Shown: piece by piece, positions 34,884-44,433 of the stretch
Layout: the number at the start of each line of letters is the position of its first letter
How positions within the stretch are numbered: the stretch's first letter is position 1
Program-made: the position numbers and the translations under genes
Notes under the pieces: generated by a model
What the model saw: the letters and a program-made list of their open reading frames with translations, nothing else
Databases searched by the model: none
What the model was told of the DNA's origin: nothing
IMG/VR virus record: IMGVR_UViG_3300033182_000980
Span: 248,001 to 312,000 of that record
DNA: 64,000 nt
Strand: one strand, 5' to 3'

Positions 34884-36059
34884 TTAAAAGAAATAATCAT
34901 CCCTAACCCATTTAGGTTCGGATGTTAAACCCTTACTCCAAATAAAGATCGGCTCACAAGTTGGGAGGTCTGTTTTCTGACCTCCTCGCTCGGACATACG
35001 ATAGCCAATCACACCCTCATAGGTCGCTCCTAAGTTTCTCATGTGTTCAAGCATCGGTGTGCAGATGTCCTCACCTTTTTTATCTGCGATGTTGATTGCT
35101 ATCCTACCACCCTCTTTAAGTACCGACCAGCATTTAGTGAGGGTAGCGAGTAAGAAATCGTTGACCCAATCTTTAAGATCTGGATAACGCTTCCACGATT
35201 GAGTCTCCTCTTGGCTGTACCTCTCGATGTCGAAGTAAGGTGGACTCGTAAATACAAAGTCCACCTTAACATCAGATAGATCAGCATCCTCTGCTGGAGA
35301 GCAAATAAATCGAGTGGTCTTACCTGTATCGCAGAGATTGACGATTTGCTGGTAAGGCTCATGAAGGTTCGTATTAGGATCAATCCCGATATAAGACTCC
35401 GCGTTCGAGGCAAGGAAACCGACAAGCCTATCGCCCCACCCTGCCGAGAAATCTAAGACACTTTTGGCTTGGAACAGATCGTAGAGAGCTTTAGCTGATT
35501 CGGCTTTAAACTGACTTGCCATATATGTGTGCATCTTTAAGGCTCTTCTAAGGGTTTGCTTATTGACTCCACCTCTCTCATAGATGTCTCTCTCACAAAT
35601 GCCAAAGAAGCATCTTAAGAATGAGTTGCTTTTACTGGCATTGACCCACTCATCATAGGGTGAGTTTCCTTGAGTTCGATAGCTACATTTCATCCTCTGT
35701 GATTGGGTAAACAGATTAGAGACAGCCTTACCTTTGTAGTAGCTGTTAAGGTAAACATATTTACCTTGATAGGTTGTGTCTAGGGGTGTAGCTTGGCGAG
35801 GTGCGATCCATTCTTCAAATACGAATGGATCTTCCTTTGCTTTAAGATCATTAAAGTCGTTTATTGCCTGTCCTACTGTGTACTCGGAGTAGGGGTAAGG
35901 CAAAGACTCAATGATGGGTGCGATGTGATCTTTGATCTGTTCCTTAGTGTATGTCTCACGAAGCATACTCCACTCATTAGGGAGTATGTGAATATATCCG
36001 TCTTTGATATACTCAATGTCATCTAGCGACTTGAGTGTGGTTTTATAGTCAAAGTACAT
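34884..36059 (-). CDS. DNA amino-methyltransferase paralogue 2
   Basis: LDFSAGWGDR, FTSPPYF, EPIFIWSKG. Confidence 0.85.
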   Translation of the reverse strand: MYFDYKTTLKSLDDIEYIKDGYIHILPNEWSMLRETYTKEQIKDHIAPIIESLPYPYSEYTVGQAINDFNDLKAKEDPFVFEEWIAPRQATPLDTTYQGKYVYLNSYYKGKAVSNLFTQSQRMKCSYRTQGNSPYDEWVNASKSNSFLRCFFGICERDIYERGGVNKQTLRRALKMHTYMASQFKAESAKALYDLFQAKSVLDFSAGWGDRLVGFLASNAESYIGIDPNTNLHEPYQQIVNLCDTGKTTRFICSPAEDADLSDVKVDFVFTSPPYFDIERYSQEETQSWKRYPDLKDWVNDFLLATLTKCWSVLKEGGRIAINIADKKGEDICTPMLEHMRNLGATYEGVIGYRMSERGGQKTDLPTCEPIFIWSKGLTSEPKWVRDDYFF

Positions 36060-36893
36060 TTAAGCACCTAAATTCCAGAATAGGGTTTTCCCTTTTAACT
36101 TGTATGGATTTTCAGTGATCCACTCCCATGCTTTTTTATCCCAGAGTTTGTTGCAAGGGAATGGGGTTGTGAAGTGATCCATCTCATCGTAGAAATCGTA
36201 CTCGGACTTATAAATCTTGAGGCAAGATGGGACACTTCCTAGATTAGAGATCAGAGCCTTCTCTATAGTCTTAACGCTAGAGGTAGCAACGATTACAATC
36301 TTCTTCCCTTCAAAGTCTGGCTCAAACATAACACCAGCGATGTAGTCAACACCTAAGAACCCTTTAATCAGCCCAACACTTGTAATGCCACTACCCCCTT
36401 CAATGACTAGTGTGTTGTATTCATTCCGAGAGAAGAACTCTTTAGAACGCTCTGTCCAATAGTTGATGTAGACAGGGTGGTTGAACGCATCTGGACACAT
36501 CTGCCAATCGTTTTGAGAAGCTATTTTCTTTGTCTGCGAGGACAAGATAGCTACCATGTTGTGCTTTAAGGGGATCAACTCTCCACCATATAACTCGACC
36601 TTTTTCAGCATCTCTTGAGAGTACGCTTTTGTGTTCGGGTAAGCTATTTTGATGTCATAGCCTAGCTCTTTGCCCCAATAAGCTAACGCCCACCCTGTGT
36701 ACGATCCTCTGACTGTGAGGTGTACAATGGGTTTATCTTTTGTGAAGTAGTCCGAGGCGAGAAGTCTCCTTATGCCTTCAAGTTTCGCCCAAGGGGGGAG
36801 ATCGAGGGAGCCGTTGAGTAGATCATCTCTTTTGACATCGACATTTTTGTGTTTGACTTTGTATGTTTCTACTGGAGTATCAAAGTTTAACAT
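36060..36893 (-). CDS. PLP-dependent fold-type II enzyme (ACC deaminase/D-cysteine desulfhydrase/TrpB-like superfamily)
   Basis: VKRDDLL...WAKLEG (candidate Schiff-base Lys), GSYTGWALA, GGSGITSVG, LFWNLG; start at MLNFDTP. Confidence 0.75.
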   Translation of the reverse strand: MLNFDTPVETYKVKHKNVDVKRDDLLNGSLDLPPWAKLEGIRRLLASDYFTKDKPIVHLTVRGSYTGWALAYWGKELGYDIKIAYPNTKAYSQEMLKKVELYGGELIPLKHNMVAILSSQTKKIASQNDWQMCPDAFNHPVYINYWTERSKEFFSRNEYNTLVIEGGSGITSVGLIKGFLGVDYIAGVMFEPDFEGKKIVIVATSSVKTIEKALISNLGSVPSCLKIYKSEYDFYDEMDHFTTPFPCNKLWDKKAWEWITENPYKLKGKTLFWNLGA

Positions 36894-37791
36894 TGAACAT
36901 CGCCTTTTCTTCAAACTCTATGTCTTTGAGTATTTGGTTGTATATCGCTCTAGTGTCTTTATATGAAGTCCCTGCTAATAAGACTCTTCTGTGTAAGCCC
37001 TTTAAGCCTCCACTTTTCCCTGTGGTGTGGAAGTTGGATCTGTTCGTTTTGTGTTTATCAAAGTATTCTTTATGCGTATGTTCGGTAATGAACCATTTGG
37101 GCTGGATCTTATTACTAGCTGGATTGAGCAGTAGCTGATCCCACAGTAGAGATTTACACAAGGACTCTATTCGGGGTGTGCGAAATGGACACAACACTTC
37201 AATACCCTTACTTTTTAAGAACTGTCTTATCACCCACAGGTTGTGAGGGCTTCCAGAAGGGTACTTTTCTTCTAGCTCTTTCTCGACTAAGTTTTTGAAA
37301 TAGTTATCTAGGGCAACCCTAGACCCTCCTTTTTTGTATGCTCCCCAAAGGCTGTTAACTTTCGCTCCGCTGTGAGCAAACATCGTAGTGTAAAACCCTG
37401 TGATCAGATAGGGTGTGGTCATTTGATTTCTCATGTAAGAATAAGCATGACAAACCTGTGTCTCTATATTCCTCGTTGTGCGTGTGGTCTTAATGACTTC
37501 CTTAACTTCCCTTAACAAGTCATCTCGAATAGGGTCAGAGGGGATGGTAGCCACTTTCAAGGGTAGGTCATAATGCTTTGCTATTTGTTGAGCATACTCA
37601 AGGTCTTTGGAATACTCGCCCTCAATCTCAAAGGTGATCAGCTCTTTTGGCGGCCTTCTTAGCTCTATCATTGTGAACAATAGCATGGAAGAATCTATCC
37701 CACCAGAAAACGAGAGACTAATGTCTTGGGGTAGGTTTCTTACCGAGTCATAGATTGCTTCTTTAAATTCCTGTACCCATGTGTGTGTCAT
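36880..37791 (-). CDS. Asparagine synthetase-like PP-loop ATP pyrophosphatase (synthetase domain only)
   Basis: LSFSGGIDSS PP-loop; DLEYAQQIAKHY, LITG, EVLCPF; no glutaminase domain. Confidence 0.75.
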   Translation of the reverse strand: MTHTWVQEFKEAIYDSVRNLPQDISLSFSGGIDSSMLLFTMIELRRPPKELITFEIEGEYSKDLEYAQQIAKHYDLPLKVATIPSDPIRDDLLREVKEVIKTTRTTRNIETQVCHAYSYMRNQMTTPYLITGFYTTMFAHSGAKVNSLWGAYKKGGSRVALDNYFKNLVEKELEEKYPSGSPHNLWVIRQFLKSKGIEVLCPFRTPRIESLCKSLLWDQLLLNPASNKIQPKWFITEHTHKEYFDKHKTNRSNFHTTGKSGGLKGLHRRVLLAGTSYKDTRAIYNQILKDIEFEEKAMFNVKL

Positions 37792-38470
37792 ATCTTCTCA
37801 TCAACTCTCTTGAGTTTTTTAACTCGTTGTTTTGAGTCCTTACATGACAAGAATGAGCAAACGAGGTTACGAGTCCGAAATCTAAACAGCCACTCTCTTT
37901 ACAGAGGAAATCGCATAGGTCAACGAGAGCCATGTAGTCAGCATATCCAGACTTGGACACAGCTTGGCTTCTAAAGTTAGCTGTTAAGTTAAGTTTCCCA
38001 CCTCTAGGTTTCAAGTCGATTGTCAGTAAGCAAGGCATACCGCCCATAACCTTTTTACCATCCGACTGAGGATCATATACACCAATGACAATCGTTTTAG
38101 CTTGCTTGTTTTCCCTTAGCCTCTTAATCGCCTGCTCGATTTGATTGAAGCCTCCGTTCCAAGAAATCATTCGCCCCCAATAACTATTCGTCCATTTCCC
38201 CTCTTTGTTCTGCTGATACTCTAACATCTGTGGGAACAACATATTAGGTTCTGGCTTCACAAAGGTAACAGACTTAGCATAGTCGATACGCTCATCTCCA
38301 AAGATGTCTCTAAACTCTTTATCAAACACAGGGCAGACCTCGGAGGATTTGATCTCTATACCCATGTTTAAAATCTCATAAAGACCTCCCATATTCATGC
38401 CTTTGTCAAGGATGTCTTGAGTCGCTTTGACCCATGCTTCTGCACAGTTGTTTGCTGTTATGTGATACAT
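37763..38470 (-). CDS. Thymidylate synthase/dCMP hydroxymethylase-fold protein (divergent, cytosine-type Asp)
   Basis: YWGR, NQIEQAIKRL, MPCL (catalytic Cys), FRSQAVSKSGYADY, HSCH. Confidence 0.8.
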   Translation of the reverse strand: MYHITANNCAEAWVKATQDILDKGMNMGGLYEILNMGIEIKSSEVCPVFDKEFRDIFGDERIDYAKSVTFVKPEPNMLFPQMLEYQQNKEGKWTNSYWGRMISWNGGFNQIEQAIKRLRENKQAKTIVIGVYDPQSDGKKVMGGMPCLLTIDLKPRGGKLNLTANFRSQAVSKSGYADYMALVDLCDFLCKESGCLDFGLVTSFAHSCHVRTQNNELKNSRELMRRYDTHMGTGI

Positions 38471-38473
38471 ATT

Positions 38474-39679
38474 CTACACTCCAAAGAAGTTGTCTTGATG
38501 CCATTTAGGTTCGGGAGCTTCACCCTTACTCCAGATAAAGATCGGTTCGCAAAACACATCTATCTTCGACAACTCATCGTTTAAGGAATGGTGATTGCCT
38601 GGCCTCTTAGACATACGATAACCCATGACTCCTTCATAGGTTGCCCCTAGTGAGTCCATGTACTCGATCATGGGCTGACATACTCGTATGTCTCCTCTTA
38701 CTTTATCCGAGATGTTCACGCATATACGACCCCCATCTTCTAAAGCGTCCCAACATTTTTTTAGAGTCGGGTAGAGGAAGCCATTAAGCCAGTCATCTGT
38801 ATCTGGATAACGCTTCCATGATTGCGTGTCCTCTTGGCTGTACTTCTCGGTATCAAAGTAAGGTGGACTAGTGAATACAAAGTCTACTTTAACATCGGAT
38901 AGATCAGCATCCTCTGCCGGCGAACAGATAAACCGAGTGGACTTATTCGTAGAACAATAATCAGCGATCTTCTGATAAGGTTCATGGAGCTTAGTGTTAG
39001 GGTCTAGTCCGACATAAGACTCCGCATCCGAGGCTAAAAACCCAACTAACCTGTCGCCCCACCCCATAGAGAAATCTAAGACTCGTTTAGCTCCGAAGAA
39101 GTTATACATAGCCTTAGCTAAGGTAGGCTTAAACTGAGCTGGAATATATCCAGACATACCGATAGCGTTTACAAGTATCTTGCTATTCACACCCTTTGAC
39201 GGATCGTATAGTGTCCATAGAGGTCTAAGGAACGCTCTCTTTTTGGACTTGAGGTCTGTTCGAGTCCATTGCCTCATTGCACTTGGGAACTGCTTATGAT
39301 CAACCTCTAAACGCATAGGCTCACTATATTGGTTAGACACCTTGAGTCCTTTGTTATTAGGGGCGAAGTAAAGATACCTCCCTTGATAGGTATGGGGCTG
39401 ATCTATCTCGCACCGAGGCAACCCCCACTCTCCCTCAATCGGGGTCATGTAATCGGATTGAACCTCTAGCCAGTCTTTCTTGATCTCTTGAGGAGTGTAC
39501 TTAGTGAATGGGTAAGGTAGCCCTTCAATCTTTGCCGACAGGTAGTCTGTGATCTCATCTCTACTAAAGTTATCTACCATCTCTAACCACTGATGCGGTG
39601 GTATAAAGATTTCTTGTCCGCTCACAACAGCATAATCTTCAAGACTATCTTTTTTGGTTTTTTCATAATCAAAGAACAT
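38474..39679 (-). CDS. DNA amino-methyltransferase paralogue 3
   Basis: LDFSMGWGDR, FTSPPYF; near-duplicate of 40876..42081. Confidence 0.85.
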   Translation of the reverse strand: MFFDYEKTKKDSLEDYAVVSGQEIFIPPHQWLEMVDNFSRDEITDYLSAKIEGLPYPFTKYTPQEIKKDWLEVQSDYMTPIEGEWGLPRCEIDQPHTYQGRYLYFAPNNKGLKVSNQYSEPMRLEVDHKQFPSAMRQWTRTDLKSKKRAFLRPLWTLYDPSKGVNSKILVNAIGMSGYIPAQFKPTLAKAMYNFFGAKRVLDFSMGWGDRLVGFLASDAESYVGLDPNTKLHEPYQKIADYCSTNKSTRFICSPAEDADLSDVKVDFVFTSPPYFDTEKYSQEDTQSWKRYPDTDDWLNGFLYPTLKKCWDALEDGGRICVNISDKVRGDIRVCQPMIEYMDSLGATYEGVMGYRMSKRPGNHHSLNDELSKIDVFCEPIFIWSKGEAPEPKWHQDNFFGV

Positions 39680-39708
39680 ACTTAAATCCTTTCAAGATAC
39701 TTATAGGA

Positions 39709-40872
39709 TTATACTCCAAAGTAGTTATCTTGATGCCACTTAGGTTCTGGAGCTTCCCCTTTACTCCAAATAAAGATCGGTTCGCAGAATACCTCTCCTA
39801 GATTCATTCCGTTTCGCTTTTGCATCTTGTAGCCAATGACACCTTCATAGGTAGCCCCTAATCTCTCCATGTGGTCAATCATTGGCGAACAGATGTCTAA
39901 TCCTTTTTTGTCGGCTATGTTGATTGCTATCCGACCACCTTCTTCTAACGCTTCATAACACTTAGTAAGCGTGGGTAGCAGAAATGATTTAATCCACTGT
40001 TGAGGATTTCTGTATCGTTTCCACGATTGCGTATCTTCATCGCTATATCTTTCTATGTCGAAGTAAGGGGGGCTTGTAAAAACGAAGTCTACTTTAACAT
40101 CGGATAGATCAGCATCCTCTGCTGGAGAACAGATAAATCGAGTCTCCTTGTTCGTATCGCAGAAGCGTACAATCTGTCCATAAGGCTCATGGAGCTGGGT
40201 ATTAGGATCAATGCCGATATAGGACTCGGCATTGGAGGCGAGGAAGCCAACTAACCTATCGCCCCAACCAGCAGAGAAATCTAAAACCCGTTTAGCTCCG
40301 AAGAAGTTATATAAGGCGAGGGCAGTCTCTGGTTTAAACTGACTTGCCATATAGGTGTGCATCTTTAAGGCTCGGTACAGGACGCTGTTATTAAGCCCAC
40401 TTGCCTTGACCTCATCTTTAAGTATTCCAAACAGACACCTCAAAAATGAGCTTGGCTTGTTTGGGTGTTGCCATTCAAACATCGGGGAGTTTCCGTTATG
40501 GTATCCACAACACATCCTCTGCACTTGAGTAAACTGATTGGAGACTTTTTGACCCTTATTACTTGGCGTAAAGTATAAGGCTCTACCCTTATAAGTAAGC
40601 TCTATTGCTTCTGTTTGTCTTGGTGCGTTCCAAGTACCCAAAGTGTATGTAGGGGTAGCACCTTGAACTTGTGACCAGTCGCCTTGCGTTTCAAGTTCAA
40701 GGTATCTTCGTAGAGGGAAGGGCTTATCTTTTATGATCTCGGTTAAGTGTTGTTTTATCTCTTGGTCAGAGTAAAACTTTTTAAGGGCTTCCCAGTCCGA
40801 TGGTTTGCAGGACACAGTATCTGTGAAATACTCTGATATATCTTTCTTTTCGATCTCATAGTCAAAGAACAT
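39709..40872 (-). CDS. DNA amino-methyltransferase paralogue 4
   Basis: LDFSAGWGDR, FTSPPYF; closest to 34884..36059. Confidence 0.85.
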   Translation of the reverse strand: MFFDYEIEKKDISEYFTDTVSCKPSDWEALKKFYSDQEIKQHLTEIIKDKPFPLRRYLELETQGDWSQVQGATPTYTLGTWNAPRQTEAIELTYKGRALYFTPSNKGQKVSNQFTQVQRMCCGYHNGNSPMFEWQHPNKPSSFLRCLFGILKDEVKASGLNNSVLYRALKMHTYMASQFKPETALALYNFFGAKRVLDFSAGWGDRLVGFLASNAESYIGIDPNTQLHEPYGQIVRFCDTNKETRFICSPAEDADLSDVKVDFVFTSPPYFDIERYSDEDTQSWKRYRNPQQWIKSFLLPTLTKCYEALEEGGRIAINIADKKGLDICSPMIDHMERLGATYEGVIGYKMQKRNGMNLGEVFCEPIFIWSKGEAPEPKWHQDNYFGV

Positions 40873-40875
40873 AGC

Positions 40876-42081
40876 TCATACCCCAAAGTAGTTATCTTGA
40901 TGCCATTTAGGTTCGGGTGCTTCCCCCTTACTCCAAATGAAGATAGGCTCACAGAATATATCTACCTTAGCCAGCTCATCGTTTAAGGAATGGTGATTAC
41001 CTGGCCTCTTAGACATACGATAGCCCATCACCCCCTCATAGGTTGCTCCTAGTGAGTCCATGTACTCAATCATAGGTTGGCACACCCTAACATCTCCATG
41101 TACTTTGTCGGAGATGTTTACACAGATACGACCTCCTTCTTCTAAAGCGTCCCAACACTTCTTGAGCGTTGGGTAGAGGAAACCTTTAAGCCAGTCATCT
41201 GTTTCTGGATATCGCTTCCAACTCTGTGTATCTTCTTGACTGTACTTTTCGGTATCAAAGTATGGTGGGCTGGTAAATACAAAATCAACTTTAACATCGG
41301 ATAGGTCAGCATCTTCCGCAGGGGAACAGATGAACCTCGTTTTCTTATTGGTGTTGCAATAAGCCTCTATCTGTCCATAAGGTTCATGGAGCTTGGTATT
41401 AGGGTCAATCCCGACATAAGACTCTGCATCAGAAGCTAAGAATCCGACTAACCGATCACCCCAACCCATAGAGAAATCTAGCACCCTTTTAGCTCCGAAG
41501 AAGTTATACATGGCTTTGGCTAGAGTAGGCTTGAACTGAGCCGGTATGTAATAAGACATATTAATGGCGTTATAGAGCATCTTGCTGTTAACCCCTTTCG
41601 ACCTATCGTATAGGGTGAAGAAGGGTCTTAGGAAGTATCTCTTGTCGCCCTTCATCCCTATGCGAGTCCATTGAGTGATGGCACTTTTATATTGTAGGTG
41701 GTCAACCTCTAAACGCATAGGCTCGGTGAACTGATTAGATACCTTGAGTCCTTTGTTATTAGGAGCGAAATAAAGATACTTACCTTGATAAGTATGAGAC
41801 TCATCTATCTCACAGCGTGGTAATCCCCATTCTCCCTCAATCGGAGTCATGTAATCAGATTGAACCTCTAGCCAGTCACGATGTACCTCTTGGGGAGTGT
41901 ACTTGGTATATGGGAAAGGCAGACCTTCAATCTTAGTAGATAAGTAAGTGATGATCTCATCACGAGTGAACTTATCTAGCATCTGTGACCATTCGTGAGG
42001 GGGTATAAAGATTTCTTGTCCTCTTACGACTTCATATTCTTCTATGTTGTCTTTGGCTTTCTTTTCATATTCAAAAAACAT
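40876..42081 (-). CDS. DNA amino-methyltransferase paralogue 5
   Basis: LDFSMGWGDR, FTSPPYF. Confidence 0.85.
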   Translation of the reverse strand: MFFEYEKKAKDNIEEYEVVRGQEIFIPPHEWSQMLDKFTRDEIITYLSTKIEGLPFPYTKYTPQEVHRDWLEVQSDYMTPIEGEWGLPRCEIDESHTYQGKYLYFAPNNKGLKVSNQFTEPMRLEVDHLQYKSAITQWTRIGMKGDKRYFLRPFFTLYDRSKGVNSKMLYNAINMSYYIPAQFKPTLAKAMYNFFGAKRVLDFSMGWGDRLVGFLASDAESYVGIDPNTKLHEPYGQIEAYCNTNKKTRFICSPAEDADLSDVKVDFVFTSPPYFDTEKYSQEDTQSWKRYPETDDWLKGFLYPTLKKCWDALEEGGRICVNISDKVHGDVRVCQPMIEYMDSLGATYEGVMGYRMSKRPGNHHSLNDELAKVDIFCEPIFIWSKGEAPEPKWHQDNYFGV

Positions 42082-42907
42082 TCATTCTCCTAAAAATAGT
42101 CCTACATTGAGGCAGACTTTCCCTGCGTTCTTTACAGGTATTATACTTATATTGAAGCCCATTTAACCTGTCTCTTTCTCTCCACAGATCACCCCTCTCC
42201 TCTCTACAAGTTTCGTTTTCTGCTACTTGTTGCTCTCTCTCTTTATGTCTGCCTTCTATATTGGCTTGCAGGACTTGTAGCTCTTCTTTCAATCTAGCAA
42301 GTTCCACTCGTATTTCTTCTTCTTCATCGGGATCGACACTAGACTTGTTTGGTGAGTAAACAGGCATCTCTAGCACCCCGAACCTTTCAGTGAAAACATC
42401 TCTCTGTCCGTTGTAGTAGAGGTTGGTGAAAGACACCCCTTGTCGATCACCGTTAAGGTTGTAGAACCTCACCGTCTCGTCTAAATCTACGATCAAGGCT
42501 TTTTCTTCTCTGAGCCTACCAGTCTGTGTGGACTCAACCTGACCCTCAAAGACCACACCTCTATCTTCGGTATAAGCCAGAACAACTGACACATAAGGGA
42601 GTGAATACTGAATACCCCTATCTGCCTCTTGTGTTCTCACAGCAATATGCTGTTGGAGGTCATCTTCTTGAGTTAACCACCCCATGAGTTCTTCATCATA
42701 AATAATATGTGGCACTCTTGAACAGGACATACTGTCAGCCTGTCTCTTCAGAGATGCGATTTGTTCCGAGAAATCCTCGTGTGTGATTGAGCAATCAACG
42801 CTAGTTCGAGCTTTGGTTCTCTCTACGACATCTCTCCAAGACTTTTCACATCTCTCTTTTAAGGTTGCACACCCAGAAAAGAGGAGGGCGAAAATCAGCA
42901 GACGCAT
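42071..42907 (-). CDS. Predicted lipoprotein with coiled coils
   Basis: MRLLIFALLFSG-C lipobox; C-terminal coiled coil and several Cys. Confidence 0.55.
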   Translation of the reverse strand: MRLLIFALLFSGCATLKERCEKSWRDVVERTKARTSVDCSITHEDFSEQIASLKRQADSMSCSRVPHIIYDEELMGWLTQEDDLQQHIAVRTQEADRGIQYSLPYVSVVLAYTEDRGVVFEGQVESTQTGRLREEKALIVDLDETVRFYNLNGDRQGVSFTNLYYNGQRDVFTERFGVLEMPVYSPNKSSVDPDEEEEIRVELARLKEELQVLQANIEGRHKEREQQVAENETCREERGDLWRERDRLNGLQYKYNTCKERRESLPQCRTIFRRMNVF

Positions 42908-44433
42908 TACAGATCCATTAGTGCGTCTAATGGATCATCAAAGACCTCTGTCTTTTTATCCTTGTTCTTGTAGGTGGTGTTCGTTTGGAACTGCAAAGGC
43001 ATATTCATAATGCGACCATAAGGCCAGACGATTTGAGCATCAAACTCCTCAAAGGGAGCTTGGTCACGAGACTTGAGGCATTGATACTTGACCATGCTAT
43101 TCTCACGCTTGTCATCTCCGTACCATGATGAGATAACCACATCTGCCGAACGCTCTGCTTCATTGGCATAGCTCAAGTGCGTGAGGTTGTATGATCCACC
43201 ATTCTTCTCGGCAGACTTGTACCCCTCACGACTGATTTGGAATAGACAGAGGACAGGAATACCCTCACCTCGATTGAAGCCTAGAGCAGTCTTTTTAAGA
43301 TCACGAATGACCTCATTCAATCGGTCTGTAGTCGAGGCAACCCATTTACGAGGAGATACCAAGAGAGCGTGGTCAACAACCATCATCTTGAATGGTGTTT
43401 TCTGATAAAGAAGCTCGGCACGAGTCCGAATGTTCTCTACTGTGAAGTCAAGTACATCTGGATCAGCCACCTCAATATGGATTGACCCATAAGTACCTTG
43501 CTTCATCCCATCGTCAAGGTCTTTGATGACTTCTTTCATAAAGGACATCTCATCCTCGTTCAGCTCACCCTTTTTAATCTTAGAAGGCTCGATACCTGCG
43601 TCTGTTTGCCCTTGTTGGATGCCAAGGGCGATACGCTTCTCTCGGAACTTGGGGTGCATGGAATGGTAGACATAGATGATGCGTCTACATTGAGGATAGT
43701 GCATCTCAAGTGAGAAGTAGAGGGTGCTTGTTCCACCATAGACTGCTTGGTTATACACCCAATTAAGAGATGAGGTTGACTTGAGGTGTCCTGTAAACGC
43801 CGCCATGATGTAAAGCTCTTTACGCTTGAACCCACCGATAGCGTTGTCGATGATCTGTAGACCAGTTTGTGGTCTGATGTCTGTGGTCGCATTTTTAGTG
43901 CGTTCGTATTCCTCCCAAAAGTCTGAACCATCACCTAAGATTTCTCCACCGATACGAGAACCGAATGTCGGGGTGTTGATCTTAGCGATCTCATTTAAGA
44001 GGAAGTTGCCAGCATCTCTTGAGCCTTTGAGGATCTTCTTTTCCCTACCCTCTTTGACCTCTAGTCCTGCACGAGCGATGACTTTAGCATCTGCCATGAC
44101 AGACGCTAGTCGAGTCATGCGTCCTTCTTCTACTCGCCTCTCAATGAGCGAGATGAAGTCTCCTCGATATGACACAGGTCGGTTAGCGATCTGTTGGATA
44201 CGGTCAGCTTCATCAAAAGACTGATTCTCTTCAAAGTGTTCTCGGACAGATTGTTGTGAGGGTAAGTGTCCGTGTTTGAGGGTGAAGTCCTCAACATACT
44301 CAAAGACATTGATCTCGGCGGGTAAGTCAAAGCGTAGTACCGACTCTTTAAGAGCACAGTAGTTTTGGAACATGAGCTTGGGGTCATCCCCTCTAGGTTC
44401 ATCAGGGAGTATGCTTCGTAATATATCACTCAT
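42907..44433 (-). CDS. dnaB: DnaB-like replicative helicase
   Basis: AAFTGHLKST (variant Walker A), YFSLEM, VVDH, LFQISR, ERSADVV, KSRD. Confidence 0.85.
   Translation of the reverse strand: MSDILRSILPDEPRGDDPKLMFQNYCALKESVLRFDLPAEINVFEYVEDFTLKHGHLPSQQSVREHFEENQSFDEADRIQQIANRPVSYRGDFISLIERRVEEGRMTRLASVMADAKVIARAGLEVKEGREKKILKGSRDAGNFLLNEIAKINTPTFGSRIGGEILGDGSDFWEEYERTKNATTDIRPQTGLQIIDNAIGGFKRKELYIMAAFTGHLKSTSSLNWVYNQAVYGGTSTLYFSLEMHYPQCRRIIYVYHSMHPKFREKRIALGIQQGQTDAGIEPSKIKKGELNEDEMSFMKEVIKDLDDGMKQGTYGSIHIEVADPDVLDFTVENIRTRAELLYQKTPFKMMVVDHALLVSPRKWVASTTDRLNEVIRDLKKTALGFNRGEGIPVLCLFQISREGYKSAEKNGGSYNLTHLSYANEAERSADVVISSWYGDDKRENSMVKYQCLKSRDQAPFEEFDAQIVWPYGRIMNMPLQFQTNTTYKNKDKKTEVFDDPLDALMDL

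Noticed and set aside
37763-38470. Calling the TS-fold gene an ordinary thyA
   Set aside because: Asp at the dUMP-specificity Asn position and loss of several invariant ThyA residues.
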